Positions 35,698-48,793 of a stretch of DNA of 64,000 nt are shown one piece after another (the first letter of the stretch is position 1; the number at the start of each line of letters is the position of its first letter). The stretch covers positions 682,001 through 746,000 of the forward strand of contig NW_027590189.1 of assembly GCF_964213995.1 (NCBI RefSeq). The letters run 5' to 3'. The stretch is from Mustelus asterias. Its lineage: Eukaryota. The position numbers were made by a program, and so were the translations under genes. Under the pieces are notes generated by a model, which worked only from the letters and a program-made list of their open reading frames with translations, did no database searches and was not told the DNA's origin.

Positions 35698-37380
35698 TAG
35701 AATCATAGAGTTTACAGCACGGAGCAAGGCTCTTCAGCCCAAATTGGTCCATGCCAATGCCCATCTAAACTAACCCCATTTGCCTGCATTTGGCCCATCG
35801 CCCTCTAAACCTTTCCTATCCATGCTTCTGTGCAAATGGCTTTTAAATGTTGTCAATGTTCCTGCCTCAACTCCTCCAGCAGCTCATTCCACATACATAC
35901 CACCCTCTGTTTAAAAAGGTTTTCCCCTCTTAACTTAAACCTATGCCCTCTAGTTTTCAATTCCCCAACCCAGGGAAAAATAATAAGTGCATTTACCCTA
36001 TCAATGCCTCTCATAATATTATACGCCTCCATAAGATCACCCCTCAGTCTCCTATGCTCCAAAGAAAAAAGTCCTAGCCTGTCTAATCTTTCCCTAACTC
36101 AGTCCCTTGAGTCCTGGCAACATTCTTGTAAATCTCTTCTGCACTCTTTCCAGTTTAGTAACATCTTTCCTGTCGCAAGGCGACCAAAATTGAACACAGT
36201 ACTCCGGGTGTGGCGTCACCAATGTCCTGTACAACTGCAACATACTTCCAAACTACTATAATTAATGCACTGATGAAGGTGGATAAATCTCCTGGCCCTG
36301 ACCAGGTATATCCAAGAACACAGTGTGAGGCTGACTGATGAAGGCCAGCACACCAAAAGCCTTCACTGTCCTATCTACCTATGACTCCACCTTTAGAAAA
36401 CCGTAGATCTGACCTCCGAAGTCCCTCTGTTCCACGATACTCCTGCAATTCACCATGAAAGCCCAACCTTGATTTGACTTTCCAAAATGCAACACCTCAC
36501 ACTTATTTGTATTGAACTCCATTTGCCATTTCTCGGCCCACTTCCCCAGCTGATCAAGATCCTGCTGCAATTGTTGATAAACTTCCTCACCGTCTACAAT
36601 AGCACCTATTTTACTGTCATCTGCAAACTTACTGATCATGCCTTGTACATTCTCATCCAAATCGCTGATATCAATTTCAAACAGCAATGGGCCCAGCACT
36701 GACCCCTGAGGCACACCACTAGTCACAGGCGCCCAGTCCGAGATGCATCCTTCCACCATTATCCTCTGCTTCCGACCATCAAGCCAATTGTATATCCAAT
36801 TTGTCAGCTCTCCCTGGATTCCATGTGATCCAGAGCAGCCCACCATGTAGAACTTAATTAAAGGCCTTACTGAAGTCCATATAGACTGTCTACCGCCCTA
36901 CCCTCGTCAATCTCCTGGTCACTTCATCAAAGAACTCTAACAAATTTGTGAGGCATGATCTCCCATGCACAAAGCCGTGCTGACTACTCCGAATCAAACC
37001 CTGTCTTTCCAAATGTCTGTATATCTTATCCCTCAGAATCCTCTCTAGTAACTTACCCACCACAGATGTTAGGCTTACCGGCCTATAATTCCCAGGTTTT
37101 TCTTTGCAGCCCTTCTTAAATAAGGCCACAGTATTTGCTACCCTCCAGTCAACTAGTACCTCACCGTGGCTAACAATGATGCAAGTATCTCAGCCAGGGC
37201 TCCCGCAATTTCTTCTCCAGCCTCACACTGTGTTCTTGGATATACCTGGTCAGGGCCAGGAGATTTATCCACCTTCATACATTTTGACACATCCATCACC
37301 TCCTCTATTGTAATGCGAACTTCGCCAATATATCGGCACTAACTTTCCAAGGTTCCCAAGTCATGTCTTTCTCCACAGTG
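35698..37380 (-). mobile_element. CR1 LINE
   Basis: ORFs 35853..36062, 36379..36846 and 36890..37129. Confidence 0.9.
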
Positions 37381-37616
37381 AACACAAAGGGGAATTAGTG
37401 TCCATTGGCTAGTTAAGCACACAAATTGCCTGGTTGAGTTTAATTAAATATTTCTGCAGACCCCATACACTACAGTGACTTTATCAATAAAGGGCTCAGG
37501 AAGTAGTCTGGTGTGTTAAGAGAGGATGAATTCTGGAATTATGCATTCATGTCCTGAATCTTCATAATTATCACTTAGCTGGGATGTTTCAGAATGAAAG
37601 AATCCCATGTACTTGT

Positions 37617-37815
37617 CAGTGTGGGTTTCCTCCAGGTGCTCCAGTTTCCTCCCACAGTCCGAAAGACGTGCTGGTTAGGTGCATTGGTCATACTAAATTC
37701 TCCCTCAGTGAACCTGAACAGGCGCCCGAGTGTGGCGACTGGGGGATTTTCACAGAAACATCATTGCAATGTTAATGTCAGCCTACTGGTGACACTAATA
37801 AATAAACTTTAAAAC
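37617..37815 (+). mobile_element. HE1-variant SINE 3' part
   Basis: Matches the 9053-9230 tail. Confidence 0.75.
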
Positions 37816-38351
37816 TTGAAAGGGGTCGTGTCCAATGGACCTGGTAAAGACAAACTGTTAGGTTGCATTGGGATTTGTGTGATCAGGTCTCAGTTTTATG
37901 AACAAGGTCTGTATCAAACTAGAGCTGTGTCTTTGATTCTCTGTAGCAGTTGTAGTGTCCTTACTAAATATCCACCACAGCTGCAACAGTTAGCCCAGAA
38001 ATCTCACATTATTGTGATCACAGCCCTTCAAATCGTTACTGATGTAACTACTAAATATTCTGAAACGCAGCTTCTCCACAGCAGAAAGGAAGACACTCCT
38101 CATCAATCCAAACTCTGAATGATTGGGGATGTTGCTGGTTAGAGTCCACAATAAACTGCTATTTGTCAGGTGAAGGTAGATCAGCAGCAGGAGTTAGTGA
38201 AGAGAGTGATGGTAATAACCAAGCAGACTGATTCACCAGGAAAGCTGCTTTGGAAGGGATTCCATCCAAAACACAATCACTGTCACCGATATGATAGAGT
38301 CCAATTAAACCTGATTTAAAAACTTGTCAGGACTCTCACCCTGATGTGACT

Positions 38352-38530
38352 TTTTAAAATTCATTCATGGGACATGGGTGTTGCTGGCTGGCCAGCATTT
38401 ACTGCCCATCTCTAATTGCCTGAGGGCTGTTGAGAGCCAACCACATTGCTGTGGTTCTGGAGTCACATGTCGGCCAGACCAGGTAAAGACAGCAGATTTC
38501 CTTCCCTGAAGAACATTAGTGAACCAGATT
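38352..38530 (-). mobile_element. DeuSINE/SacSINE1-like SINE 3' part
   Basis: Reverse match to the 42540-42720 core and tail. Confidence 0.7.
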
Positions 38531-38899
38531 TCTTTTCTGAAATGGCTGGATGCGAAGCCAGGTCCTAGGACTGTGGCCAAAGAGGGCACAGACCAGAGGA
38601 AACTTTCTTTCATCCCTCATAGCATCTCACGTATTTGATATAATGAGGTTTTCTATCACAAGCAGCGTTTAAATTTTACTTCAGTCAATCCTCGATAGCT
38701 TCAAAAAGAATTAGTATATTTGATGCATCAAAGCAGGGAATATTTCTGTTTTTTGAGTGCTCAATATTATACATAATTATGATACCATCAGTGGCTGAGG
38801 ATGCATCAGGATGTCCATCACCTCCTGAAACTGTGCCTCATCTGTGTCCAAACTAATAAGACCCTGTGAAATGTATTGTTCCATAACACGTCCCATATT

Positions 38900-39640
38900 A
38901 TTGATGTCCCCAAGGAAACACTGCACATTGATTATACAGACCCACCCTCCACATTAAAAGGAGGGGACCGGCAGTTATATATATGTTTACTTATTGGACT
39001 GAGGCTTGCGCTGTTTGTAAAAACAATGTAGCAGTCACTACAGCTAAAACCTTGTGGGAACAGATCTTTACCAGATGGGGCTTTCTGGAAAAGGGCAGAG
39101 TGACAATGGTTCTCATTTCACTGCAGAAGCAATGCAGCAGCTGTGTCATCTTGTGGGTCTGGAACAACATTCCCAAATCTACCTGCAATCTAGTGGGATG
39201 GTTGAGAGCTTTAATAACTCTGGAGAAACAAGCCATCGTGAAGGGAGCTGATGATCTGGTTAAGGCCAATGACTGGGTCACTGCCTTGCCTGGTGTCTCA
39301 ATGACCATTCACTCCCCTCCTGTTCATGATCCCGGTCACAGTCCATTTCAGGTCATGACGAGTCAGCTAATCCAGATTGTGATTCCCACCAGGGCCCACT
39401 CCCCAATGCTACTCGACAGACTCATGAGCAGTTTTCCAGAATTTCCAACAAATCTTAGCACCCTCCCTGCTCCAGACAGTGGAGAGGTTGGATGCTGCCC
39501 ATCTCAACACCTCCATCGAGGAACACCTCACACATTACCTCACCACCTATAGAACGATTAATGTTAAAAACATTGTTAAAAAAAGGTGGGCCAGGTGGAA
39601 AATTGGGACGGTCCACATCGTGTTCTCAATAGATTGGAAA
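38900..39640 (+). mobile_element. LTR retroelement (Gypsy/retroviral-type) integrase remnant
   Basis: MFTYWTEA..TAKTLWEQIFTRWG / QSDNGSHFT..QSSGMVE across frameshifts. Confidence 0.72.
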
Positions 39641-40087
39641 AAACAAATCTGATACTGGCAAATTGGAAATGAAGGAAGGAAACACAATATGTGTTACCAT
39701 GGAGGTGAGTGTAAACTGTACAAAACTAAAAGATCAGATAACTAGACGGAGAATAAACACTGTGGTTCATTTTATCACAGGGACAAGATGCGTATGGTCA
39801 TTGTGCTCCTGGACTGTGGACAGGCTGAAGTTCTGTTCCTGCCATATGATCCTCCCCAAGACTGTCCTTTCTTGAGCTCCAGACAGGTGATGTTAAACAC
39901 TCAGGTGGGAAAGACAAAATCTACAACAATGTGTTTAAACCAAAGCTGATTAATTTGAGATATACCCAGTATATTAAACTTCAGTTCAATTATTATCAGC
40001 AGAAATAACACGAATAGTCAGAATGAATATGGTTTAGTCCCAAATGTGATTAACAGCAGTAATAACAGCAGAATGCAACTCCTACAG

Positions 40088-41014
40088 TCACTTGTGAACT
40101 CGCTGGTGTCTAACCAGGTTGTTTGACTGAGCAAATCCCTTCCCACACACACAGCAGGTAAACAACTTCTCCCCAGTGTGAACTCGCTGGTGTCTCAGAA
40201 AGTTGGATGAATTGGCGAATCTTTTCCCACATTTGGAGCAGGTGAACGGCCTCTCCCCAGTGTGGGTACGTTGGTGTGACAGCACCTCACGTTTGCTTTT
40301 AAAACATTTTTCACAATCAGAACATTTAAAAGGTCTCTGATCAGTGTGAACCAGTTTGTGAACAGCAAGGTGGGATAATCGAGAGAAATTCTTGCCACAC
40401 ATGGAGCAGGCGTATGGTCATTCCCCAGTGTGAATTCACTGGTGTATCAGAAAGTCAGATGAATGAATGAATCCCTTCCCACATTCGGAACAGGTGAATG
40501 GCCTGTCTCCAGTGTGGGTACGTTGGTGTGTCAGCATCTGGTACCTGCTTTTAAAGCTCTTCTCACAGTCAGAACAGCGAAAAGATCTCTGATCAGAGTG
40601 AACCAGTTGGTGGGCAGTGAGGTGGGTCGACCGAGAGAATCCCTTCCCACACTGAGAGCAGTTGAATGGTCTCTCTCTGGTGTGAACTCGCTGGTGTGTC
40701 CGCAGGTGGGCTGACTGAGTGAATTCCCTCCCACATGCGGTGCAGGTGAATGGTCTCTCCCCAGTGTGAACTCGCTGGTGTACCCTAAGATCAGATGAAT
40801 TAATGAATCCCTTCCCACATGTGGAGCAAGTGAACGGTCTCTCCTCAGTGTGAATGTGCTGGTGTCTCAGAAGGTCAGTTGACCGTGCGAATCCCTTCCC
40901 ACACGTGGAGCAGGGGAATGGTTTCTCCCCAGTGTGAGTGTGTTGATGATATTCCAGCCGTGACTGGTATTTGAATTTCTTCCCACAGTCCTCACATTTC
41001 CACAGTTTCTCCAT
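40088..41014 (-). pseudogene. C2H2 zinc-finger ZNF-G, 11-finger frame broken by two in-frame TGA codons
   Basis: ORFs 40436..41014 and 40088..40402 are in frame; TGA at 40436-38 and 40418-20; may still encode a truncated 6-finger protein. Confidence 0.8.
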
Positions 41015-41559
41015 GGTGCAGTTGTTCTTATGTCCCTCCAGGTTGGATGATCAGTTGAAGCCTCGTCCACGCACACAACGTGTACGATCTCTCCTCGCTG
41101 TGAATGATTTTCAGGCTGTGTAACTGGATAAAAGTCTTTCCACAGTCAGTTCACTGGAACACTCTCACTCAATGTGTGTGTGTCGGTGCTTTTCTAGTCA
41201 CATTGATATTTGAAATCTTCTCCCACAGACAAAACAGACAAACATTTCTCCTTCCACATTCAAATATTCAGGTCCTGATAAATTGAGTCATGATAAGATC
41301 CTCATAATTGGTTTTACTTTCCTGTCTGTAAATCCTCCTCTTCTAAACCCTGTAAATAGAGTTCATATAAAATTACGTAGAACATATAGAATAAAAACAG
41401 GTAATTCTGCCCAGCTTGTCTCTGCTGGTGTTGAAACTCCACACACTTCTCCTCCCATTGCATCTCCCTCAGCTCAATCTTTCAGTTGGTCTTTCTATTC
41501 CTCTCTCTCTCTCTCTCTCATGTATTCTTTGTTTCTCGTTTCAAGGCTTCATTCTATGA

Positions 41560-42025
41560 TCATCTTGCTGGTGCCAGTACAGAGCGAGACTGCGGATAGT
41601 TGGGAACCTGTCTCGGGGGCAGGGAATTCATATGGTGTTCATGGAAGTGGAAATGAATAGGGTTGGGAAGCATTTTCCGATCAGGGCCAGTGTGATCTCC
41701 TGGACTCGTTTCGATCGCCTCAGGGGGTCGGAGAGGAATTTCCCAGATTCTTTTCCCCATATTGGCCCTGGGGTTTTCACTCTGGGTTTTCGCCTCTCCC
41801 TGGAGATCACATGGTCTGGAATGGGGGGGTAGGGGTGAGTTAATAGGTTGTGATGAACAAAGCATCATAGCTGTGAGGGACATCTCGGGGATAGGATATT
41901 AGTATGTAGATAGGCTAGAAAATTGGGCGGGGATCCTGGATTCAGGATTCAATCCTGGACCGGGGAGCGGCGCGGGCTTGGAGGGCCGAAGGGCCTGTTC
42001 CTGTGCTGTATTGTTCTTTGTTCTT
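41560..42025 (+). mobile_element. CR1-family long 3' UTR fragment
   Basis: Ends in the CR1 tail gagggccgaagggcctgttcctgtgctgta(ttgttct)n. Confidence 0.65.
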
Positions 42026-42359
42026 TATTCTTTGTACTCGTTTAGTTTCCTTTTGAAAGGATCTCAGCCTTTTGCCACAACCACTTCCTTTGGTAATGAG
42101 TTCCACATTCTAATTATTCTGAGTAAAATAACGTCTCCTTATTTCCTGAGTGGATTTATCAGTAACTATCTTGTATTTCTGGCCCCCAGTTTTGGATTCT
42201 CCCACAAATGGAAACGTTCTCTCCATATCGACAAGGTTCCACATGGTGGACTGGGCAGCAAAATAAAGATCCAAGAGCAAGTTACATTTTGGATTTGAAA
42301 TTGCCTCAGTTGCACGAAGTGATGAATGACAGTTGATGGGTGTTTTTTTGTGACTGGAA

Positions 42360-42725
42360 GATGGTGATGCAGTGGTTATGTAATTGGGCTGTTAATCCAG
42401 AGGCTCAGGGTAATGGTCTGGGAAATACATTCAAATCCAACCATGGCCGCTGGTGGAAATTAAATTGAATTAATAAATCTGGAGTTGAAAACTAGTCCCT
42501 GGGTGAACATGAAATCATTGGCAATTGTTGTAAAAACCCATCCTGTTCACCAATGCCCTTACCTGATCTGGCCTACACGTAAATCCAGACCCACAGCATT
42601 GTGGTTGACTTCCAGAACTGCACTCTGAAAAAGCACAGCAAGCCACTCAGCTTAAGAGCCATTAGGACTGAGCAACAATGCTGGTCTTGCCAGTGACACC
42701 CACACCCCACAAAGAATAAAGAAAA
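42360..42725 (+). mobile_element. DeuSINE/SacSINE1-like SINE
   Basis: tRNA-like head, core cttacctgatctggcctacac..ccagacccacagc..tgtggttgact, CR1-like tail. Confidence 0.7.
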
Positions 42726-42864
42726 TCAAAAGGCTGTTTCCAGAAGGGGTTTCATAGGGATCATTGCTGGGTCCTTCATTCCTGGTTTATATAATTGATT
42801 TGAAGTTAAATATAGTTTCACCAATGACACAAAAAAATGTGTGCGCTTGATAGTGAGGCAGAAA

Positions 42865-43620
42865 ACTGGAGTTTAAAAACAGCGAGGTTATGTTGCAGCT
42901 GTATAAGGTGCTGCTGAGGCCACACCTGGAGTACTGTGTACAGTTTTGATCTCCTTACTTGAGAAAGGATATACTGGCACTGGAGGGGGTGCAGAGGAGA
43001 TTCACTAGGTTGATTCCGGAGTTGAGAGGGTTGGCTTATGAGGAGAGACTGAGTAGACTGGGGCTATACTCATTGGAATTCAGAAGAATGAGGGGAGATC
43101 TTATAGAAATATATAAGATTATGAAGGGAATAAATAAGATAGAAGCAGGGAAGTTGATTCCAGTGGTGGGTGAAACTCGAACTAGGGGGTATAGCCTCAA
43201 AATAAGGGGAAGCAGATTTAGGACTGAGTTGAGGAGGAACTTCTTCACACAAAGGGTTGTGAATCTGTTGAATTCCCTGCCCAGTGAAGCAGTTGAGGCT
43301 ACCTCATTGAATGTTTTTAAGGGAAGGATAGATAAATTTTTGAACAATAAAGGAGTTAAGGGTTATGGTGAGCGGATGGGTTAGTGGAGCTGAGTCCACA
43401 AAAAGATCAGCCATGATCTTATTGAATGGTGGAGCAGGTTCGAGGGGCCAGATGGCTGACTCCTGCTCCTAGTTCTTATGTTATGTTTTTTATATGGGGA
43501 AGAGGTGGGGAGGTGAATTTGAGACCAGGGAGAGATCAGCCATGATCTGATTGAATGGCGGAGCAGGCTCGAAGGGCTGAATTTGCCTACTTCTGCTCCT
43601 AATTCTTATATTCCTATGTC
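42865..43620 (+). mobile_element. CR1 LINE 3' portion plus a second 3' end
   Basis: ORF 42959..43384; two successive 3' UTRs. Confidence 0.88.
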
Positions 43621-43967
43621 CACAGATCTATCAATGTGCTCGGACAAAGAACAATGCAGTACAGGAAAAGGCCCTTCGGCACACCAAGCCTGCACCGATA
43701 CGCTGTTTCCATCTCTCTGTTCGCTTCCTGTTCATGCATCTGTCAAGCAGATAATTTCATGAATTACTTGTGACAACATGAATCTGAACCACCCTGACTG
43801 ACCAGACAGAATCACAGACGTTAACCTTGTGTCCAGAACTGATTTTCTCAGAGGAGCCTCAGTCACCATCATTGAGACTAATTTTGAATTCGAGATTTTA
43901 TTGATTGAATGGATTTCAAGCCCTGTCCCCATAACAATGTGCTGTCTCTCTGTATTACTTATGCAGT

Positions 43968-44208
43968 CATGATGTGGAGATGCCGGCGTTGGACTGGGGT
44001 GAACACAGTAAGAAGTCTCACAACACCAGGTTAAAGTCCAACAGGTTTATTTGGTAGCAAAAGCCACACAAGCTTTCAGAGCGCTCTGTGCCCTGTTTGA
44101 GAGCAGATTTCCACTCCATCTGACGAAGGAGCAGTGCTCCGAAAGCTAATGGTATTTGCTACCAAATAAACCTGTTGGACTTTAACCTGGTGTTGTTAAA
44201 ACTCTTAC
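43968..44208. mobile_element. Penelope-like terminal remnants in inverted arrangement
   Basis: Minus copy 43968-44085 (truncated within the ribozyme) and plus copy 44087-44208. Confidence 0.82.
44116..44152 (+). ncRNA. Minimal type I hammerhead ribozyme motif
   Basis: CCAU-CUGACGA-A-GGAGC(AGU)GCUCC-GAAA-GCUA-AUGG. Confidence 0.82.
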
Positions 44209-44259
44209 ACTGACATTGCCACTTGGTCAGCGTTCCCCTGCTCTCTTTGTTGGAGTTTG

Positions 44260-44900
44260 AAGTGGCGGACAGTGATAGTCGTAAACCCCCCCCCCCCCCC
44301 CGACGACACTGACCTCTCACCTGACACCTCACAATGCCCGGGGACTGATTGACGGCAGCTCCGGTCCAATAGCAGGAAGGGGCGGGGCTGGAGGAGCGAG
44401 CGGCAGCGGCTGGTCCTCCAACCAGACTGAATGAGGGGCGGGGCTGAGTGAAGCATGCGCAGTGTGATTAATGGCGATGGAGAGAGGATTTCTCGGATCC
44501 ACAATCAGAAAAAGTGGGAATGGCGGGCGGAGGCAGCGATGAATCAGGCGGAGGGATTAGAGAGGCTTCGTAATCATGAACAACAAACCTCTGCAAAAAA
44601 AACCGACCGCTATCCGAAGATGGTCCCGGCCGTTTGCACAGAGCAAGGCCGCTGCTTTCTTCCCGCGACAGACCCGGGTTAACTGCCGCCATTTTTATCC
44701 GGGCACTACCAATATGGCGCATGCGCGGTTGCCATCTTTATTAGGAGCAATAGCCCTCTATTAGAAGCGCATGCGCAGCCGCCCTCTTTATGAGGGGCAA
44801 TGATTTTGAAATTCGCCCGAGTGACAGAATGTGAACAACTTGTCCATCAAACTGCTTCGCTCTTTCACTTCCAATTTCTTACTGATGAGGCAGAGCAACG
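44260..44900. promoter_or_regulatory. CpG-island promoter between divergent ZNF-G and ZNF-H
   Basis: Shared CCAAT/GC module; NRF1 palindromes GCGCATGCGC at ~44717 and ~44767; YY1 GCCGCCATTTT. Confidence 0.78.
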
Positions 44901-44982
44901 ATATAATCATTTGTATCATAGTCTCTTTAACAAAATATAATATTCCTAGATATTCCTCAAAATTGTTGCAGTTCTTTGAAAA

Positions 44983-45230
44983 GGGGTGGCAAGTTGTTAG
45001 CACTGCTGTCTCACAGCTCCAGCCATGTGTGACTCTGTCCCCTCTTGTCTGCGTGGGTTTTCATCCAGGTGCTCCGGTTTCCTCTCAGTCCAATGATGTG
45101 CAGGTTAGCTGGATTGCCATGCTAAATTGCCTCTTAGTGCCCCAAGATATTAGGGGAAGTAACGTGATAAATATGTGGGGTTATGGGCATAGGACTTGGG
45201 TGGGAAGCTTTGTTGGAGATTCAGTGCAGA
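44983..45230 (+). mobile_element. Degraded HE1 SINE
   Basis: V core gtctgcgtgggttttcatccaggtgctccggtttcc. Confidence 0.7.
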
Positions 45231-45532
45231 GTCCAGACCAGTTGGCAAGTTTCCTTCCCTGAAGCACATGAGTGCATCAATTGAATCAAGCATGTTTCAT
45301 GGTCACTTTTTCCTCGTGCTGGCCCCACATATTACCAGATTCATTCAGCTCAATTTCACAACCTGCCTTTGTGTTTTTGTAGGTTCTTTCTCACTCCTTT
45401 TTTTCTATTTCAAATCAATTTCACAGGGTTTAGAAGAGGACGATTTGCAATTGGGAAACAAACCAAACATCACATCAGGGGCTGATAAAGTCGACCAATT
45501 TATCGTAACCTGAACATTGTCATATTTTGAAC

Positions 45533-46570
45533 ATGGAAGGAAAAAGCACCGTTCACAGTGGAAATAAATCATACTTGTGTTCTGTGTGTGGACAAGGATT
45601 CAATCGATCATCTGGCCTGTCAAAACATAAATGCAGTCATGATGGGGAGAAGCCGTGGAAATGTGAGGAATGTGGGAAGGGATTCAATTACCCATCCCAG
45701 CTGGAAACTCATCAGCGTGGTCACACCGGGGAGAGGCCGTTCACCTGCTCTGACTGCGGGAAAGGATTCACTAAGTCATCCACCCTGCTGACACACCAGC
45801 GCACACACACTGGGCAGAGGCCATTCACCTGCTCTATGTGTGGGATGGGATTCACTCAATCATCCACACTGCTGACACACCAGCGAATTCACACTGGGGA
45901 GAGGCCTTTCACCTGCTCTGACTGTGGGCAGGGATTCACTCACCAATCCACCCTGCTGACACACCAGCGAGTTCACACTAGGCAGAGACCGTTCACCTGC
46001 TCTGAGTGTGGGAAAGGATTTATTAATTTATCCAACCTGACGACACACCAAAGAAATCACAGTGACGAGAGACCGTTTAAATGTCTGGACTGTGGGAAGT
46101 GTTATAAAACCTCTCAGGAACTGATGTCCCATCAACAAGTTCACACTGACGAGAGACCGTTCAGGTGCTCTCACTGCGGAACTGGGTTCAAGCGATCATC
46201 TCATCTCACCGTTCACCAGCGCACTCACACGGGAGATAGACCGTTCACATGCTCTGAGTGTGGGGAAGGATTCACTCAGTCATACACTCTGCTGAGACAC
46301 CAGCGAGTTCACACTGGAGAGAGACCATTCACCTGCTCCAGGTGTGGGAAGAGATTCACTCAATCATCAGCACTGCTAAGACACCAGCGAGTTCACACTG
46401 GGGAGAGGCTGTTCATCTGTAATGATTGTGGGAAGAGATTCACTCAGTCATCCAACCTGCTGACACACCAGCGAGTTCACACCGGGGAGAGACCATTCAC
46501 GTGTTCTGTGTGTGGGATGGGATTTACTCAGACATCCAACCTGCTGAGACACCAGCGAATTCACAATTAA
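45533..46570 (+). CDS. C2H2 zinc-finger protein ZNF-H, 12 fingers (close paralog of ZNF-F)
   Basis: ATG at 45533 ([10 protein letters not shown]); intact to TAA 46570; acceptor ttcacag|G at 45426. Confidence 0.92.
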   Translation: MEGKSTVHSGNKSYLCSVCGQGFNRSSGLSKHKCSHDGEKPWKCEECGKGFNYPSQLETHQRGHTGERPFTCSDCGKGFTKSSTLLTHQRTHTGQRPFTCSMCGMGFTQSSTLLTHQRIHTGERPFTCSDCGQGFTHQSTLLTHQRVHTRQRPFTCSECGKGFINLSNLTTHQRNHSDERPFKCLDCGKCYKTSQELMSHQQVHTDERPFRCSHCGTGFKRSSHLTVHQRTHTGDRPFTCSECGEGFTQSYTLLRHQRVHTGERPFTCSRCGKRFTQSSALLRHQRVHTGERLFICNDCGKRFTQSSNLLTHQRVHTGERPFTCSVCGMGFTQTSNLLRHQRIHN

Positions 46571-47303
46571 CTCCAGAGATTGGATTGTGTTGTCAATCAG
46601 ATTGAAAACTGAGCTATGTCCATTAGGGTCTATTTCTGCTGACGTTAATAAACTTCAGGTCAGTTATAGAGGCTAATATTTGGGACAAAAATCAAATATG
46701 TTGTCTTTGATTTAAACATGCTGTGTCAAAACCTTTTAATATCTCGAACACAAGTTAGTTCCTTTTGAAGGACTTTCTCTTGTCTCCTCCATCTTCACCT
46801 CCAACAACAAAGTGTGAGGAGCTCATGGAGTTTTTTTGTCACTAAGATTGAGACAATCTGATCAGCTGCCTCTGCTGCTTCCCTCCCTTCCACTAGCCTC
46901 TGGGCCAGACTTTCTGTAAAGCTCCTCTGTATCCAAGCTCTGAACTCACATCTTTTTCCAGTTTCTCTCCTATTTCCTGTCAGTCCCTCTCATTGCCCAT
47001 CTTGTCTATGAGACTTGCTTTCAACTCCTTTTACCCTTTTCCCACTAAACCACTGATAACCCAACTTCCCCACATTACCTGGTACTGTTAATGGACCTGT
47101 CTTTTTTGATACTCTCCATCTCACCTGTAATTCACCCTCATCATCCATCCTAAGGAAAAAACCCTTAACCGCACTGTCGTTACAAACTACTGTCCCAACT
47201 CCAACCTCCCTTTCCTCTCCAAAGTCCTTGAACTTTGTGTCTCCCAAGGATCTTTCCTTGGCCCCTCCCATTTCCCGTGCTGCCACTGGGTGACATCATC
47301 CAT

Positions 47304-47757
47304 TGTTTTGGAAGAAGATTGTAAAGTACCTTTTTGAGAGCGGAGTTTGGAAACACTCGTGTGACAATAATTTCAGGGGAAATTTGAGACGAAATCCACA
47401 GAGGATCGATTGAGTTGCATCTGCCACTTAACTTCAGAGTGGGGGTTATCTGATTACAGTCAACCTGTGGGTTTAAAGGGACTGTGTGTTTACTGAGAAC
47501 ATTATAGCATAAGAAATTTTCTACCTGTGTTATCCTTGAAATCTGTGTACATTTGTGAAGGTAAGTGGGAGTGAAGAAGTCTTGTCTTATGATCAAACTC
47601 TTCGTATTTAATAAATATTTTATTGTTAAAATCTAATTGGCAGTCCTGTGACTCTGTTCCTCTATGTTTTCAAAGAAAATAAAAGTTATGGTCTTTTGAG
47701 TCAGGGTTCCATTCTGGGATCTTCCTGTCCAGTTATAACATCAACTGGGATTGTAAC
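47304..47757 (+). mobile_element. Possible solo LTR
   Basis: TGT...GTAACA ends with internal AATAAA; abuts the L2 remnant. Confidence 0.35.
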
Positions 47758-47759
47758 AC

Positions 47760-47950
47760 TCACCATCTTGACTTTGAAATATATCGCTGTTCCTTCGCTG
47801 TCACTGGGTCAGAATCCTGGAACTCCCTCCCTGACAGCACTATGGGGTACCTACACCACAGGGATTGCAGCAGTTCTAGAAGGCAGCTCACCAACAGCTT
47901 CCCTAGGCCAATTAGGGATGGGCAATAAATGCTGGCCTAGCCGGTGACGC
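47760..47950 (+). mobile_element. CR1/L2-type LINE 3' end (tail shared with DeuSINE)
   Basis: SWNSLP motif and caattagggatgggcaataaatgctggcc tail. Confidence 0.65.
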
Positions 47951-48472
47951 CACGTTTTATTATTCAGGAAAGGCTGTGGGCTTTGGCCTCTGTAAATGAA
48001 TAAAAAATAAGGTAATATCTGTTTTTAGCCTATTGAATTTCAATGACAGCATTGCCTTCTGACTTGTTCTTATGTCCTGGGCCTATTACACAGTTATGCT
48101 TGAAGGAATAGAGCCAGCCTGACTCCACTGTGTTACCTCTGACACTGTTTCAATCCCCAAGCTGCTACAGACATCTTTATTAGCTCAAACCAACACATCA
48201 TTCTCACAGTTTGAGGCCAGTTCTCCTGCACAATTTAACTCATTTTGCAGACATTGCTAATTCCGGCAAGGCTGCGACTTGACTACAATGACCAGCATGC
48301 ACTCCATTTTGAACCCACAATGCAGTTCAGTGCAGTTCTTCAGATATCCTCCATCTGGGTTCTTCTATCACCCTCGATGTTCCATGTTACCGCCATGAGA
48401 CAGTCTCCACACAGGGTCCCACCGCAACCCATCTACACTTCATATAAAAGAAATAAGCAAGTTACAACTGAT

Positions 48473-48793
48473 TGGGCCAGCATGGTGGCACAGTTGTTAC
48501 CACTGCTGCCTCACAGCACCAGGGACCCGGGTTCAATTCCCGGCTTGGGTTACTGTCTGTGTGGAGTTTGCACATTCTCCCCGTGTCTGCGTGCATTTCC
48601 TCCGGGTGCTCTGGTTTCCTCCCACAGTCCAAAGGTGTGTGGATTGCATGGATTGGCCATGCTAAATTACCCCTTAGTGTCAGGGGGACTAACTATTGTA
48701 AATGCATGGGGTTATGGGGATAGGGCCTGAGTGGGATTGTGGTCAGATTGTGGGAGACTTGATGGCCTCCTTCTGCACTGTAGGATTCTATGA
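48473..48793 (+). mobile_element. HE1-type V-SINE
   Basis: Head, V core and tail present. Confidence 0.9.
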
